This document shows, in pieces, positions 20,700 through 32,899 of a stretch of DNA of 36,901 nt. The notes below the pieces were generated by a model that was given only the letters and a program-made list of their open reading frames with translations, was not told where the DNA came from and did not search any database. Origin of the DNA: Octopus sinensis (Eukaryota); contig NW_021836851.1 in NCBI RefSeq assembly GCF_006345805.1, forward strand, positions 1 to 36,901, read 5' to 3'. Positions within the stretch are counted from its first letter, which is position 1. The number at the start of each line of letters is the position of its first letter. The position numbers and the translations under genes are program-made.

Positions 20700-22050
20700 T
20701 CGTTTTTGAGCTTCTTAGTTTTCCTAATTCTAAATTTCCTGCACAACTGCAAATTTAAGCATTTAAAAATCTCATCGTGTCTTCTGAAATAAGAATGATT
20801 GAACATTTTTGTCACATCTTGTAGAAAGGAGGTCAACTGTCTTCCTCTACGATTGTGCCCAAGTGGGTTTTCTATGACACAAAAACCGATAGAATCAAAG
20901 CTATTCCAGCAAACAATAATTCATCTTGTATATAGCAGGGAGAGACCTCAGCAAATATAATAGTTTTTTGAGGGAAAAAAGGCCATGCGAGGGTCAAGTA
21001 GAGAGAGACGGCAGAAAAACGGTAAATTTCGACACTCTTAGCTTGGAGATGCTTTTGCAATTCGGAATTCCCGAAAGGACACCCGGGAAAATTAACATCA
21101 TTAAAATCTGTTTGTTTTGTAATATTTTTTATTACTAAGCTAAAGTTGTATGTTGGAACTAAGAAATTTATGATTTTAGATTCTTTGTTGTTGACTATCA
21201 GCTCCATTTTTTCCAGACCATGAACAACTTTAGATAACTCATCCAAGGTGACATCAAAGCATTGACGATCCGTTTGATAAGTTTCGTAATACACTTGATC
21301 AGGCAGATTCCAGCTTCATAAACAATTGCAAGTAATTTCCTTTTTATGACTTTGCCGGAGAGCTTCAATTCCCCCATTGCTACTTGGTCTAAAAGAACAA
21401 ATTTCTTCCAAAATTTCATCCTCAGAAATTTACAAGACCATTGTTTTGCGTGGGAAACTTTCGTAAGTCTGCTTGGAGCATCGGATGTTTGTTTTTGAGA
21501 TGTTCCAAAGTCTCGGAAGTATGTTTATCAACTGAATTGGTAAAAAAAGGATCCATGTGTTTACGACTGACATGGGTTTTAAACCATTTTTCCTTAATGG
21601 ACGTTTGGTAACTGCTTGCTTCACAATCGCAGTCAATCCATGAAACATCCAATCTCGCAGAGTTCGACTTAATGGCTGCAGAGAAACTCTGCTTTTGTAC
21701 AGAACTTTAAATTGCTTGCCCAAAGACACAAGGTGCAAATGAAAGAAGACGGATCCAAGATGGGTCCTCCCGGAGCTTAACACATCAGTGATGAAATCGC
21801 ACAAACAGTTTGCCGCAGAGATCCGAGCCTGTTTGGGGATCCGTAATGGCATCTTCTTAGATTTCAGTAAGTTGAAAATTTTAAGAATATAATTATCTGT
21901 TTTGGGTTCATGAAGAGACAGAGACTTATGTGCCACACGACAAGCTTGATGCTTTGAGAATAGCCTCAATTCTCATTTCGTATATTCTTTGTCTCTTCCC
22001 GTATCAGTTTTAACACCTTTATATTTAATATTACAATTTAGTAATACCTT
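20700..22050 (-). mobile_element. CRE-clade-like non-LTR retrotransposon remnant (pre-RT region), heavily deleted
   Basis: PLRIPKQARISAANCLCDFI and ETLEHLKNKHP...ICSFRPSSNGGIEALRQSHKKE resemble CRE motifs (RIPKxARxxAA; LxxKHP...SFxxGSAGGxDGLRPxHLKD). The downstream part only loosely resembles RT. Confidence 0.55.
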
Positions 22051-22647
22051 CTTTGACATCCACGTTGCCATAACCCACCTCAAATTACTGTAGGGCATCG
22101 ATGTGCACAATTTTTTTATTACCCGACTATAGTCATTTAAATATAGTCGAATATAGCCGAGAACTGTTGAAACTGCTGATTACTTACAAAAGATGTCATT
22201 TACCTCTTCTTTTGCCTAAAACAACTGTCTTCGTCTTTCAATATCAGCCCTCTGGATCTCTGTAAGCGTCTAGTAATAACTGCCGGGTTGTTTTTCAATG
22301 ATATTGAAATTTGAGATAAAATTTGTATTAAATCAATATATTTTATGTTAAGTAAATTATTCATGTTCGGTCAGCTCATGAAATAATTTAATGAATTTTT
22401 CTAAATCTGAAGTTCTAAATCTGTAATTAATTATAAAAAATATTTTTTGATCTTTGGATTATATGTCTTAAAGGAGGTGTTTTAAAAAGTCGCCTCCTAA
22501 TGGTCTTTAAAGCTTAAAAATTTCAAATAAAAATGGTTTACACAGTGTCATAATTTTCCTTTGAAATTTTCATAATTTCAATTTTTGATTATTATAAACA
22601 TAAAATTTCTTGAATGTTAAATTCTGAATAAATTTTATTTATCTTGC

Positions 22648-23316
22648 ATGGCTGTTTGACTATCACATTTAGCTTTAGGATAATTTACAAGAGATACCTC
22701 ACGCGGTAGTCCTACTTGCCAAGCAGGCTGGAGAAGTGTAAATTCGCTTGAGCTGATATTTTTAAGATGATGAAGGCTCTGAAAAGAGAACTTTTATTTG
22801 AATCAAAAGGAACTGGCAATGACGTGGTCACAAAAACAGATAGAATAATTGAAGAACAATTAAAAACATTGCTAAACACAGATGAGCGTTTTAAAGACCA
22901 CAAGTGAAATAGAAATAAACAATTCGTAGATTTATAGGCAAGAAACTGTTGATGCCTGTGAAAAATGTAATCTAACAGATGCCATTACGTGGATTGTCGA
23001 CCCTATTGATGGGACTACTAATTTTGTCCATAAATATCCACATTTTTCAATTTCCATTGGAGTTACAATTTTTAAAAAAGTAAAATTAGGTCAAATACTT
23101 CTAGCCAGTATTATACAATATTGCAATAAATGGTCGTGGTGCTTTCAAAAATAGACAAAAAGTATAAAAATCAAATATTTCTGGTAACCCGACTTGAAAA
23201 TTATTTTTGAATTGAACCAATCTCTTGTCATTGCTAATATTGTGGATGGTCCTAATGATCACATTGTTCAAACAAAGATGTCAAATAATCAAAGACTGCT
23301 ACCACACGTTGCAGGG
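22648..23316 (+). pseudogene. IMPA1: Inositol monophosphatase (IMPA1/2-like), apparently 3'-truncated
   Basis: MA-DNLQEIPHAVVLLAKQAGE...DVVTKTDRIIE...FIG.ET...TWIVDPIDGTTNFVHKYPHFSISIG...GRGAFKN. There is a 1-nt deletion at FIGEE, and homology stops at HVAG. The C-terminal WDxAAG half was not found downstream. Confidence 0.8.
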
Positions 23317-24629
23317 TTTTAGGCCTGAAGTCTGGCGGGAGGCAGAGTCGGTGAGAGATGACGAGGAAAACGAGTCGACACAGGTGACGTCCCAAACAAA
23401 TAAATTAAAAATGGTTATTTCATAACAAATTGGCAATCTCTATGAATGTGCTTATTCTATATTTAAAATACAAGAATTTAGTGTTTGTGTCCAATTTAAT
23501 TCTTCTTTTCTGTTTCGCCCACAAAATTGGTATTTTTCTCGATCAGATTGACACTCTGATTCCAAGTTAGATTTGGAGTGCAACAACATTTTTCCGCTTA
23601 AGATAACTGATACAAATCCAAGTTAATTTTTTAGAAAATAATCGGCAGTCGGCAAGTAACGTCAACTAATAGTTATCTGATAAATTTGTATATTTGTCGA
23701 AACGGAATTTTTCCAGATTGAAAAGACTTATGTGTTAGACACTGCTTAGTAATTACTCTAAATAGATTGCCCGCATTTATTTTAATTTTTTTAAACCAAT
23801 ATGTTAATTAAAAAAATAATTATTAAATGGAAATCAGGATTCAGTGGCTGCACCGCAAATAGAAAAAGTCACCTCGGAAGATTGCAATCGATACATCTGG
23901 TACAGCAATGGTTTCCGGAAATAAATGGACTTCATTCCAATGAGCTTCCTGATCAACGAAAAAATCGTCTAGGTCCTAGACGATTTGCATTTTCTCTTTA
24001 ATATTTTTGGGTGTATCCTCCGAACCTGTCTTCTAGCACCCCGAAATAACAATTGCACAGCAACACAACCAGGAACCTTCAAATTCCAATTTGTAATGGG
24101 CTTATCAGTCTTTGGGTGAAAGAGAATATACGAAATAATATCAGGATAACCAAATTCTGAGGCTAAATGTAATCCTGTACCACAATTTTACTCAAATAGT
24201 CAAATAAAGACTAAACCCTTTTTATAACTGTTTAAATTATTGTACTCAGTGCAACTTAAACAATTGAGGGAATCAGAACTATTGTAAGATATTTTAAATC
24301 GAATTTTTTTAAGTTCCTTTAGTAGTTTTTAGACTTTTAGTGCATATTCTTTCGTCTATTTTTATTTTACTTCAAGCAAAATGAGAGTACAATTCTCTTT
24401 ATTCTTCAAGTGGTCAGTCAGCTAAGTACTAAACTTGTCTAAAAAGGTTTAATTTATTTAAAATGTTCAAATTTAAAAAGTGATTTTAAATGAAAGTAAT
24501 ATTTTTTAAAAATTCAATCTTTTTGAAATATAAAAAATTATATTGGAAGGGGTTATTCATGATCCAGATACAAAAGTAACCTATGCTTGAAATACTCGCA
24601 ACAAACAATAATAAAACAATTCAATCAAA

Positions 24630-25175
24630 ATCTCCGTGATATAACAAATGATGCAAATATTGGTTTTTCTGGAAACATGAATTGGTCGTTATCATTCATA
24701 TTTTTCAAATTAATTTGTTTTTTGGACGGTTCCCAAAGAATCTGTTAAGTTTCATCAATGGATTATTGTCCAACTTCCCATCGATATGTTTGAGTTTCTT
24801 CTGTATTTTTAGAGCGCATTTCTTGTATTTGTTTACAACGGAGAAATCACATTACGACAATTGGATCTGGAGGAAACATTGCATTCTTCTGTATTTTTAG
24901 AGCGGAATTCTTATATGTGTTTACAACGGAAGAATATATACATTTAAAATTGATTCATGCAGCGTTTTACAAAATACAAATCACATTACGACAATTGGAT
25001 CTGGAGGAAACACGGCATTCTACTTGATATCTCCACAATATTACTAATCAGTGTCAGTTACTCCGGAGTATTCATAACGCAAAGTGAGGCTATTCAATTA
25101 ATCCACGATGCAATACGACAGGTGTCGATGACCAACCGATTCACAGGAGGATTTTCTAATAATATACTTTCATAA
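24630..25175 (+). pseudogene. Divergent proteasome beta-subunit-like fragment with internal duplication
   Basis: ITNDANIGFSGN, GILICVYNG...HITTIGSGGNTAFY and AIQLIHDAIRQVSMTNRFTGGF resemble Ntn-hydrolase beta-subunit motifs (GSG; AIYQATYRDAYSGG). Confidence 0.45.
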
Positions 25176-26129
25176 ATAATATCTTAGTCTACACAATATC
25201 TCTCCATGAGATAGTTTAGTCGGCTTATTTCACCTATTCTAACCGCGTTAAATTTGAGTTAATTCTCCAATTACAAACTTTCTTTGATTATTGATCTATT
25301 AAAGATAAGAAATTCTATTCTTGAGATAAAAATCGAATTAATTACAATAAATGACCATTTTAAATCAATTAATCTAATGCATGAGATTATTTTATCATTC
25401 AAGGAAAATTGTGGTTAATCTTTCTTTGATATTTTATCGTAAAACAATACTGAAATTGTAGCCGTCTTTAATGACAATTTATAAATAATAATTCGAAATA
25501 TATTAAAAAGTTTCGAATTGTTGGTTTTATGGAAAAAACATTTCTATCCCAGCAGTATAATTTTAGACCAACTTTTCCAGGGGAAAAAGAACTCAGTCGA
25601 TACCAAAAATATTTTTTAAATAATGAAATATAATATCAGAGAGTCATGGAATATAACCATATAATACAAAAATCAACAATTCAGTAATAGGAAAGTTACA
25701 AAATTAATGAATTGGTGAGAGATTAATCCATTAACTCGAATGATAATAAAAATAAAAAAATAAACAACAAATAAAGAAAACTAACCACAATACAAACAAC
25801 GTGTGGCTCAGGATAATAATTTATAATATTATAGGCGCACCCCGAAGAAATATAAAAATTTAATTAATTATTAATTAATAGATAATAATTTTATATTCTA
25901 TTCCTGTAGTTTCGCATTATAATATCATTGTCGCATTTTTTGATCCAGCCCTTTCCTGACGTTTAGTCAGCAAGAGGCGCTGAACTGCACCTTCTCGAAG
26001 GTCTACAGTGCCAGAGAGAAGGAGGAAGAAGGGGAGGAGGTGCGTGGAGTGCCACCTTCTGCTCACTTCAAAGGCTCTGGACTTAGTAAAATTACTTAGT
26101 TAATTAGTTTCTTTTTTAATAAAGGATTT

Positions 26130-26700
26130 AAGTCAAATCACAAGAGTTTTTCTGAAAATTGATATCAATTTCTGATCATGTCGCTTTTTAAATCTGTCAA
26201 GCCGGCCATTTGAAGCTTTGAAAGTGTTAGGCAATTTCCTTTATAAAAGGACCGGATATTGAAACCTTATCCTCTCGTGGACTCACTGGAATTATGGTGC
26301 TGGCGCAAACTTTTGAATATAAATTGGTACGACAAAGTGTCAAATGTCGTTGTTCTCGAAAGGATTAAACCTACACTGTCGCTTGTGGCGAAAGTTTGGA
26401 AGCAACAATTATCATATTTGGGGCACGTGCTTCGGGAGAATGATATAGGAAAAGAAATCCTGCTGTCTTCGTTCGCTGGAAAAAGGAAGCAGGGTAGACC
26501 AAAACTAAACTGGACATCTGAAGTAGTGAAACTTACCGGACATCATTTGTCGGAAATAGCAGAGCTGGTGGGGATAGAGTTTCGTAGAGGGACTTGTTTT
26601 ACAGAATCGCCAATGGCCAGAATCGGCTGAATATGGCTTAACCTAACCTATCCTCTCGTAGTTTCTGAAATATTTTTATTATCTGTATTATAAAATAATT
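26130..26700 (-). mobile_element. Tigger/CENP-B HTH remnant interrupted by an RTE insertion
   Basis: KASNGRLDRFKKRHDQKLISI at ~26150-26215; NISGPFIKEIA just upstream. Confidence 0.6.
26279..26648 (+). mobile_element. 5'-truncated RTE retrotransposon insertion with TSD
   Basis: ELWCWRKLLNINWYDKVSNVVVLER...LSYLGHVLRE...GKRKQGRPKLNW. It has a (TAACC)n tail and an 11-bp TSD TATCCTCTCGT at 26268-26278 and 26649-26659. Confidence 0.9.
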
Positions 26701-26943
26701 TGTTCTTTAATATCAATGATTAATTTTGTTTCATAATTGATAGCCATCACAGCAAAAGTGTAAATACACGCGTAGATTAAAACTACGTATTTATTAATAA
26801 AATATAATTTTTTTCCTTTACTCTTTGTAGGATTGGCCCCATAGAGGATATTTCTCCCATTTTTACGACATTCAAATAATGATATCCATCTCACCTTTCC
26901 ATAGGCTTATAAAACGGAAGATGGTGTAGATTGGACGCAGATT

Positions 26944-27681
26944 TTGAGGTTTTATCGCCAACTCGAAAATTTCACAAAATTTTTAGACTGTTTTCGGCTT
27001 TATACGACGCACAGCGTGTTGGAGGCTTTCGTTCAACCTCTTTACAATACTCTTTACAAAAGCGGCTATATTGGTACGGCAATTAAAAAACGAAATTACT
27101 CTTATCGAATTGGAAATCCTTTCTTGGAACCGCCTGAAATACGAAATTACTTTCTTATCGAGAATGTCGCTTTTCTCCGGAGCAATAAGAGTTAGCGGAA
27201 AGTTTTCGTTTTTCTCGAAGGATCCGATGGAAGCGGGAGGTTAAAGTTTGTCCAAACAGACAGTAAGTAGGGGTACGAAGCCGACAAGGAGAGACCAGGG
27301 TACCCACGTGTTTGAGGCATTAGCGTCGTTAATAAAAGCGGACAAGAATTTGGATAGATGGAAATTTGGGGATGCTGCAAAGAATTTTTCAATAAGCGAC
27401 AGTATTTGGAGAGTTTGACACAAAAGGCGTCCTGGATCGACGAGGACCGGATGTTTTGGGAGGGTAGGATGGAAAATATTGACAAGAAGTGGATCTCAGA
27501 ATTCGGATGCCGCCGTGTGGAGCCGAGGCTGCTTCCTTCTTGTGTTAATTCATGGGACTTGTTGAAATTCAACTATTTGAACATGAGTAACTGGAATTGG
27601 TTATGTTTTAAGCTTATCAACAAATCTAAAGTAAACATCCGATTTATCTTTACTATTTTGAACATTTGTAGCTATTTTTGA
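26944..27681 (+). pseudogene. Intronless degraded reading frame (246 codons, 4 internal stops) with a possible NMP-kinase-like P-loop
   Basis: ORFs 26944-27195 and 27358-27681 are in the same frame. The bridge reads RKVFVFLEGSDGSGRLKF, followed ~70 codons later by WIDEDRMFW. Confidence 0.35.
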
Positions 27682-27840
27682 AAATTCTTACTCATATTAT
27701 ATACAGAATGACACAATCCCCATTTATCAAATTAAAATCTCATCCGTAATTTGGAATATTAACAATTCAATCATCAAAGGTAAATTCAGAAAGTCAATTG
27801 TAATTCAAAACTGATTTAAACAAAATTTATAATAAAAAAG

Positions 27841-30657
27841 TTATTTAAAAGTAGATGTTTTCCCCTTGGTAAACTTTTTCTTGGAACGAATTTTCTCAAA
27901 AATCTAAATATCTATACACAAATACGTAACAACCCCCTTAGTCTTTTTCCGAGGGTTTAGTTTCCCATCTTTCTTGCCTAAAAATATAATACAGCCACCA
28001 GAACCTTTATTTTCATGAACTGAAGTTTCTCTGACCTTACTTTGATAATCAAACGGTGTGAAATGATCTGTTTTCTTAATCTACCAAATAAGACTACAAA
28101 AATGCCTTTTTGGGTAAAAAATTCTTAGCCTCGATGGGATTCACCACGAGTTTCTTGTCACGTTTTCCGGAAAATGAATAATAGGACTGCGTCCTGACCT
28201 CATTTGATGGATTAAACTCTTCATTAGTGATATTATCCTCCTGGACGACCATCTTTTCTTCTGACTTGATAATATTTTCCTTGAATTTCCACTTTGACAA
28301 AGACTATTGATTCATATTTAAAAATAAACCTGTAAAAGACAATGTGTCGCCATTAAATCCTTAATCTTTGATTTTGAATAAATCTAATGGGAGATGAAGT
28401 AATTAAACCCACATGATATAATCCTATCCTACTCAATTCTGTCCCATCCAACGATTTCATCAATTGAGACCCAATACGAGACTACAAGTATACAATTAAA
28501 CCAGATTACACCTTTAATGTATCTGTGACCTTTTTAGTAGGATTCACCCTGTAAGCATCGCTCGCAAATAAGCCAGAAATATTCTTCCGATCAACTAATT
28601 AGTTAGTCAAAAAAGTAAAACAAACCGTATAACTCATTTTTAGCCCAATTATTGTCGGTCCCCGTAAAATCGTGTAAATGAACAAAAGAAGTCACTTCTG
28701 TTTTGACACTCGGAATATTCGGTTGAGTAGACATCTTAAACTCAGAATAAACCTCGTTTAAAAAATTGTCAATCTAACATCATTTAAATCAAAATTATAC
28801 AGCTTCGTCAGTAAGCGTTGAAGCCTTTACAAAAAATGAGAATATCTCTTCATGATATATACGAATGAGTGGAGGGAGAGGATTACAACAGGCTGTAATG
28901 CCTTCTCGGTCATTCGGCATTTTAAGACACAGTTCAAGCAGCATATTGGCTGACATTACATAAGCTTCGCTCTCGTCCTCTAAGCGGGCTATTCGATCTC
29001 GCCACTCATGTAACAAAATCAACGCATATTTTTGACGGGAATTTAATTCCAAAGAATTATTGATCAGCTTTAAAGAATCTAAATGGGAGAATTCTTTCTT
29101 TTTATAAACCTAATGAACTATTTAACTGGGGAATCTCACCTTAAGGCACAGCTGAGTACTTTTTTGGTAAACTTTATACAAGAGAGCATCATTTCCATTA
29201 TTAATGAGTTCATTCTTCATGTTGTCGTATATATAAAGTAAATAATGTGTATCTTGCGACGCATATTTGAGCATATCTTTGGGAAGAGGTCTTAGAAATG
29301 AATGATTTGCCACAACCTTACACGCCAATCGGCTAGTTGGTAGCCTTTGTTGCAGGGTATTCCAATAAATCTGTATAAAAGATAGGCTAATGAAAAGCGT
29401 GGATATCCCAATGTTCGTGCTGCCTGTCCCGTGTCAAACATGTTAACAACATAAACTGAAAAATCCTTTTGTAGCCAAATAATATCCGAATCTGACCCAT
29501 GGAAAACCTTTAATATTAAAAAATCAAATCAAAAATAAATATTAAATAACAATTACTTTAAGAATGTTGGGATCAGTGAACACTTTATTAAGGACATTTA
29601 GTTCATGACGGAGTGAAAGTGCGTCGATTACGTAGTTTGACTGTCGAGTAGATATCTGTATAAGACAGGTAAATCCTTGAAATGATCGATACGAATGATG
29701 CTATTACTAATTATGGCAACTGGTGTACCTCTAAATCAACAGAAAATTCCGTCGTAGTAGAAAGAATATCAATTAATTGATTCAATTGTTCGATTTTGTC
29801 TATAAAAATAATTTGTTCGTCGTCAAATGAAGTATAATTCTAGAATATAATTATGATGGAACCTGAGGTTGGAGTCTTTCTAGCTGTCTTTTCGGTACGT
29901 TGAACTGCAAAATTTCGTATTTGTAAGGATGGTCATAAAATTCAGTTTCATCTACCAATATTATTAAAAAAATATTAAAGAATTTAAATCAAACAAAAAT
30001 ATACCATCATGCCTTAAGGAGTTATACTTGAAGGTGATTTTGGCAACAAATTTTGATCCTCTTGAATTGTCAAGTTCATCACGAAAGTACATCTGTGGCC
30101 TGACGACATTTTTAGCAGTGAGCAAAGTGAACTATACAGATTTGATAAATAAAATTACTTTTTTGTCTGAATTTAGATTATTGTCAACAACGACTAGAGT
30201 TTCGGGTTTTTTGAGTCCACATTCCTCATCAAATGAATTATTCTGTTTAAAATAACACAATTTTTGTTATACCACACGCTCCAGAATAATATCGTTGATG
30301 TCGACTAGTTTTTCCATGCTGTCACTTATATCAGTAAGACTATCCTTTGAAAAAATGTCGAGTCGAATCATCGAATGGCGAAGAAGCTTCGAAATTCTAC
30401 ATCGGTTTATATTTGTATAAAATAACAATTTTGTTATCTTTTTTTCTTCGATCTCCATTAAATCCTTAAATTGGGGAAATAGAGAACAGTAATCGTCATA
30501 ATCATCTGAATTTTGAGGGAGATTATTCACAGATTGAATACTTTTGCATAAATTATTTATTAAAATCTATTTTTTAAAATTAAAAATCGTTTACTTTTTC
30601 AAAAGATCCCCATTCAGATAAATATTCATCGACTTTAGATGGTCGTTTCATATCCAT
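27841..30657 (-). CDS. EXOSC10: Exosome component 10 (Rrp6/PM-Scl100), multi-intron
   Basis: PMC2NT region [24 protein letters not shown] exonuclease [76 protein letters not shown] domain [18 protein letters not shown]...CCNPLPPL. Ends GKTSTFK*. Confidence 0.95.
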
Positions 30658-30989
30658 TAAATTAATAGCACCACACTATAAATATCGTGCTTTAATAATA
30701 TTTATTTAAATATTTATTAAATAAAATTAATTATATTTATATAATATTTAATTATCACTAAACATTTTTATTATTTGAGAATATTCATTTACTGTATTCA
30801 TAAAAGAAACTAATGCTTCAATTGAAGCAATGTCGGACGGGAAAATTATACATCAGAACAAAACCCAGAAGATTCTAAGAGTTATCTTCAACACCTTTCT
30901 AACTTTTTCAAGCCACATCGAAATTTAGTTATGGCGGGTAGAAAAAAAGTTAACTTCCTGAAGGTATTCCTGGGGAACGCAGGAGAATA

Positions 30990-31440
30990 TAAAAGCCTAA
31001 ATGGTATAAATAACATATATTCAATACTTGGAACCTAAGGTCGGCTTTGACACAATTCCATCCTATGTCAAGAAAATTGGAATAATTATTACTTTTCTTC
31101 ATAGATGATCGACAGTTCATTTGCAAACAGGTCGTATTTGTGAAATTTCTCCACTTCAACTTGCTTTAAACGATCTTGTGAAGTAATGCCAACTTCGATT
31201 AAATTTATTTATTTTTTCCTCTTGTCATACACAAAAATCTCAGGTTTACTGAATTGGACTTTCGTTTCAGTCATAAATTGTGACTTTTGGTTGCCCTAGT
31301 CATAATTGACGTGACAGGTCTAATTTCGACATTTTGGATCGACATTATTGACACAATAGAATGTCCCTTCAATCTCCTGCTTCGTTTAATTCCATACATT
31401 CGACATAATTTAAGATATATAAACTTAGCCACTTCTTTAA
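30990..31440 (-). mobile_element. RLE-type (R4/NeSL-like) non-LTR retrotransposon C-terminal endonuclease remnant
   Basis: EVAKFIYLKLCRMYGIKRSRRLKGHS...NVEIR...KPEIFVYDKRKK.INLIEVGITSQDRLKQVEVEKFHKYDLFANELSIIY..VIIIP, a PD-(D/E)xK RLE pattern. Confidence 0.75.
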
Positions 31441-31649
31441 ATAAATTGACAATAATATAGTCGGAATTTTAAAGAAAACATTTATTAGTTGCAACCTCAC
31501 AATATGAAAATGTCATTCTTATTTTGATTGGGAACATTATTGAATAACATTTATATATCTCAAAGTTATAAAATGCAAAACAACATTGTATATGAACCAA
31601 AAAAATTTTAGAAAACCAATTCTTAGAAAACTAAATCAAAGTAAAAAAG

Positions 31650-32270
31650 ATCAGACTTTCGGGTCATAAGGATAAAATGATTTGTGATCGATGGGACAAT
31701 TGTATACGAATGTAATGCCCATTTTACGAGATTTTTAGTAATCTCTTTTCTCAATTAATGGGCCAGCTGTTTCCAAGAGTTTTGTCAAAAGAAATGATGT
31801 ACACAGGGGACACAAAATAAGAAAAAACGTATGAAACTTCTTTTGTGTTTCAGTTACACGGGAGAAAAATATAAACCGCTTATAATCGTGCCTACGAAGT
31901 TAGCAAGAGTATCAAAAAGCGTGAATCTGAAAAAAAATCGGCATTGAATATGATGTTTTGTGCAAAGCCTGGATGACAAAAAATTAATTGACAATGCAAC
32001 TTGTCATGCTATTTCTGGAAAACTTTCAGACGTCAGCGTAATGTTTTTCCCAAAAAATACAACCTCCTTAATTCAGGCATGTGACCAAAGGATAATAAAG
32101 GCATTTGAGAATTATTTCAAAAACTGGATGATGAAAACGATTATCTATAATGAAAATCTTGCACCACAAATAGACGAAGCAATAGTGGGAATCACACTAT
32201 TGGATGCTATTTCATGTGCAAAATTGGCATGAGACGAGATTACAAACACTTCAATACAACATTCAATACA
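31650..32270 (+). mobile_element. pogo/Tigger transposase remnant (DDE_1 C-terminal part)
   Basis: LLLCFSYTGEKYKPLII; LIDNATCH...FFPKNTTSLIQACDQRIIKAF...ITLLDAISCAKLAWDEI. Confidence 0.8.
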
Positions 32271-32535
32271 AACACTTTAAGCTTTAGAATATGACTGTCG
32301 AGAAAAAGAAAACGCTGGAGAAAGTCTAATTGTTTCGGATATTGTGTAAAATGCTATTTATTAGAGTTTGTGGGATGATAACAGTAGTGATGAAGAGGGC
32401 TATAAAAAAACAATTTCCGGAACATTTTGGTGATCAACAAGTTATAAACAATGCAGATTGCGGATTCAAAATGCTGGTAAATTAAGCAAGAGACTCCAGA
32501 AAATGTATTTGATCTATCCACATTCAAAACAAATA

Positions 32536-32680
32536 CAGTAAACTCTCTAATCCCCACATATCGGTCAGGAACCAAAATGATGGATTCGAAAGGGTTTTTA
32601 TCGATTTTCTAAATTATTTTCCTATAAACACATGAAAAATTAATTTTTTGTAAATGTGGGGGATTCGAAAGAGTTTACAT
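32536..32680. mobile_element. Tigger-family MITE (~145 bp)
   Basis: The left end TA-CAGTAAACTCTCTAATCCCCACA has an inverted, degenerate partner TGTGGGGGATTCGAAAGAGTTTAC. It is similar to the TIR of 15898-17109. Confidence 0.6.
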
Positions 32681-32899
32681 TATTATTAGTTAGATGCGAA
32701 AAAAACAAAACACTCGATTAAAATTTACTAATTTTTTTATTAAAAAATAAAAATTAGAGTTATCTGTCTTGGTTATATTACAAAGGTAGGATATTGAACA
32801 GGAGAGTTCGAAATTTAAAAAAATTAAGGAAACTCTCTTGGTACTCTAATTTTATATGTGTTTCTAATAAATAAATCAAATGAGCCACATATCTTAATT

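Noticed and set aside
22122-22160. Short palindromes and repeats of tatag(t/c)cg
   Set aside because: Too short for significance in AT-rich DNA, with no partner end or TSD.
24120-24180. LHLASEFGYPDIF on the minus strand, ankyrin-like
   Set aside because: Single isolated match, with no second repeat or supporting frame.
25985-26010. GAAGGTCT resembling RNase P CR-I, and CTGA...GAAA resembling a hammerhead core
   Set aside because: No complementary CR-V for P4; the hammerhead and HDV core and stem requirements are not met.
26636-26650. TAACCTAACCT as telomeric-like repeat
   Set aside because: Explained as the RTE 3' tail next to its TSD.
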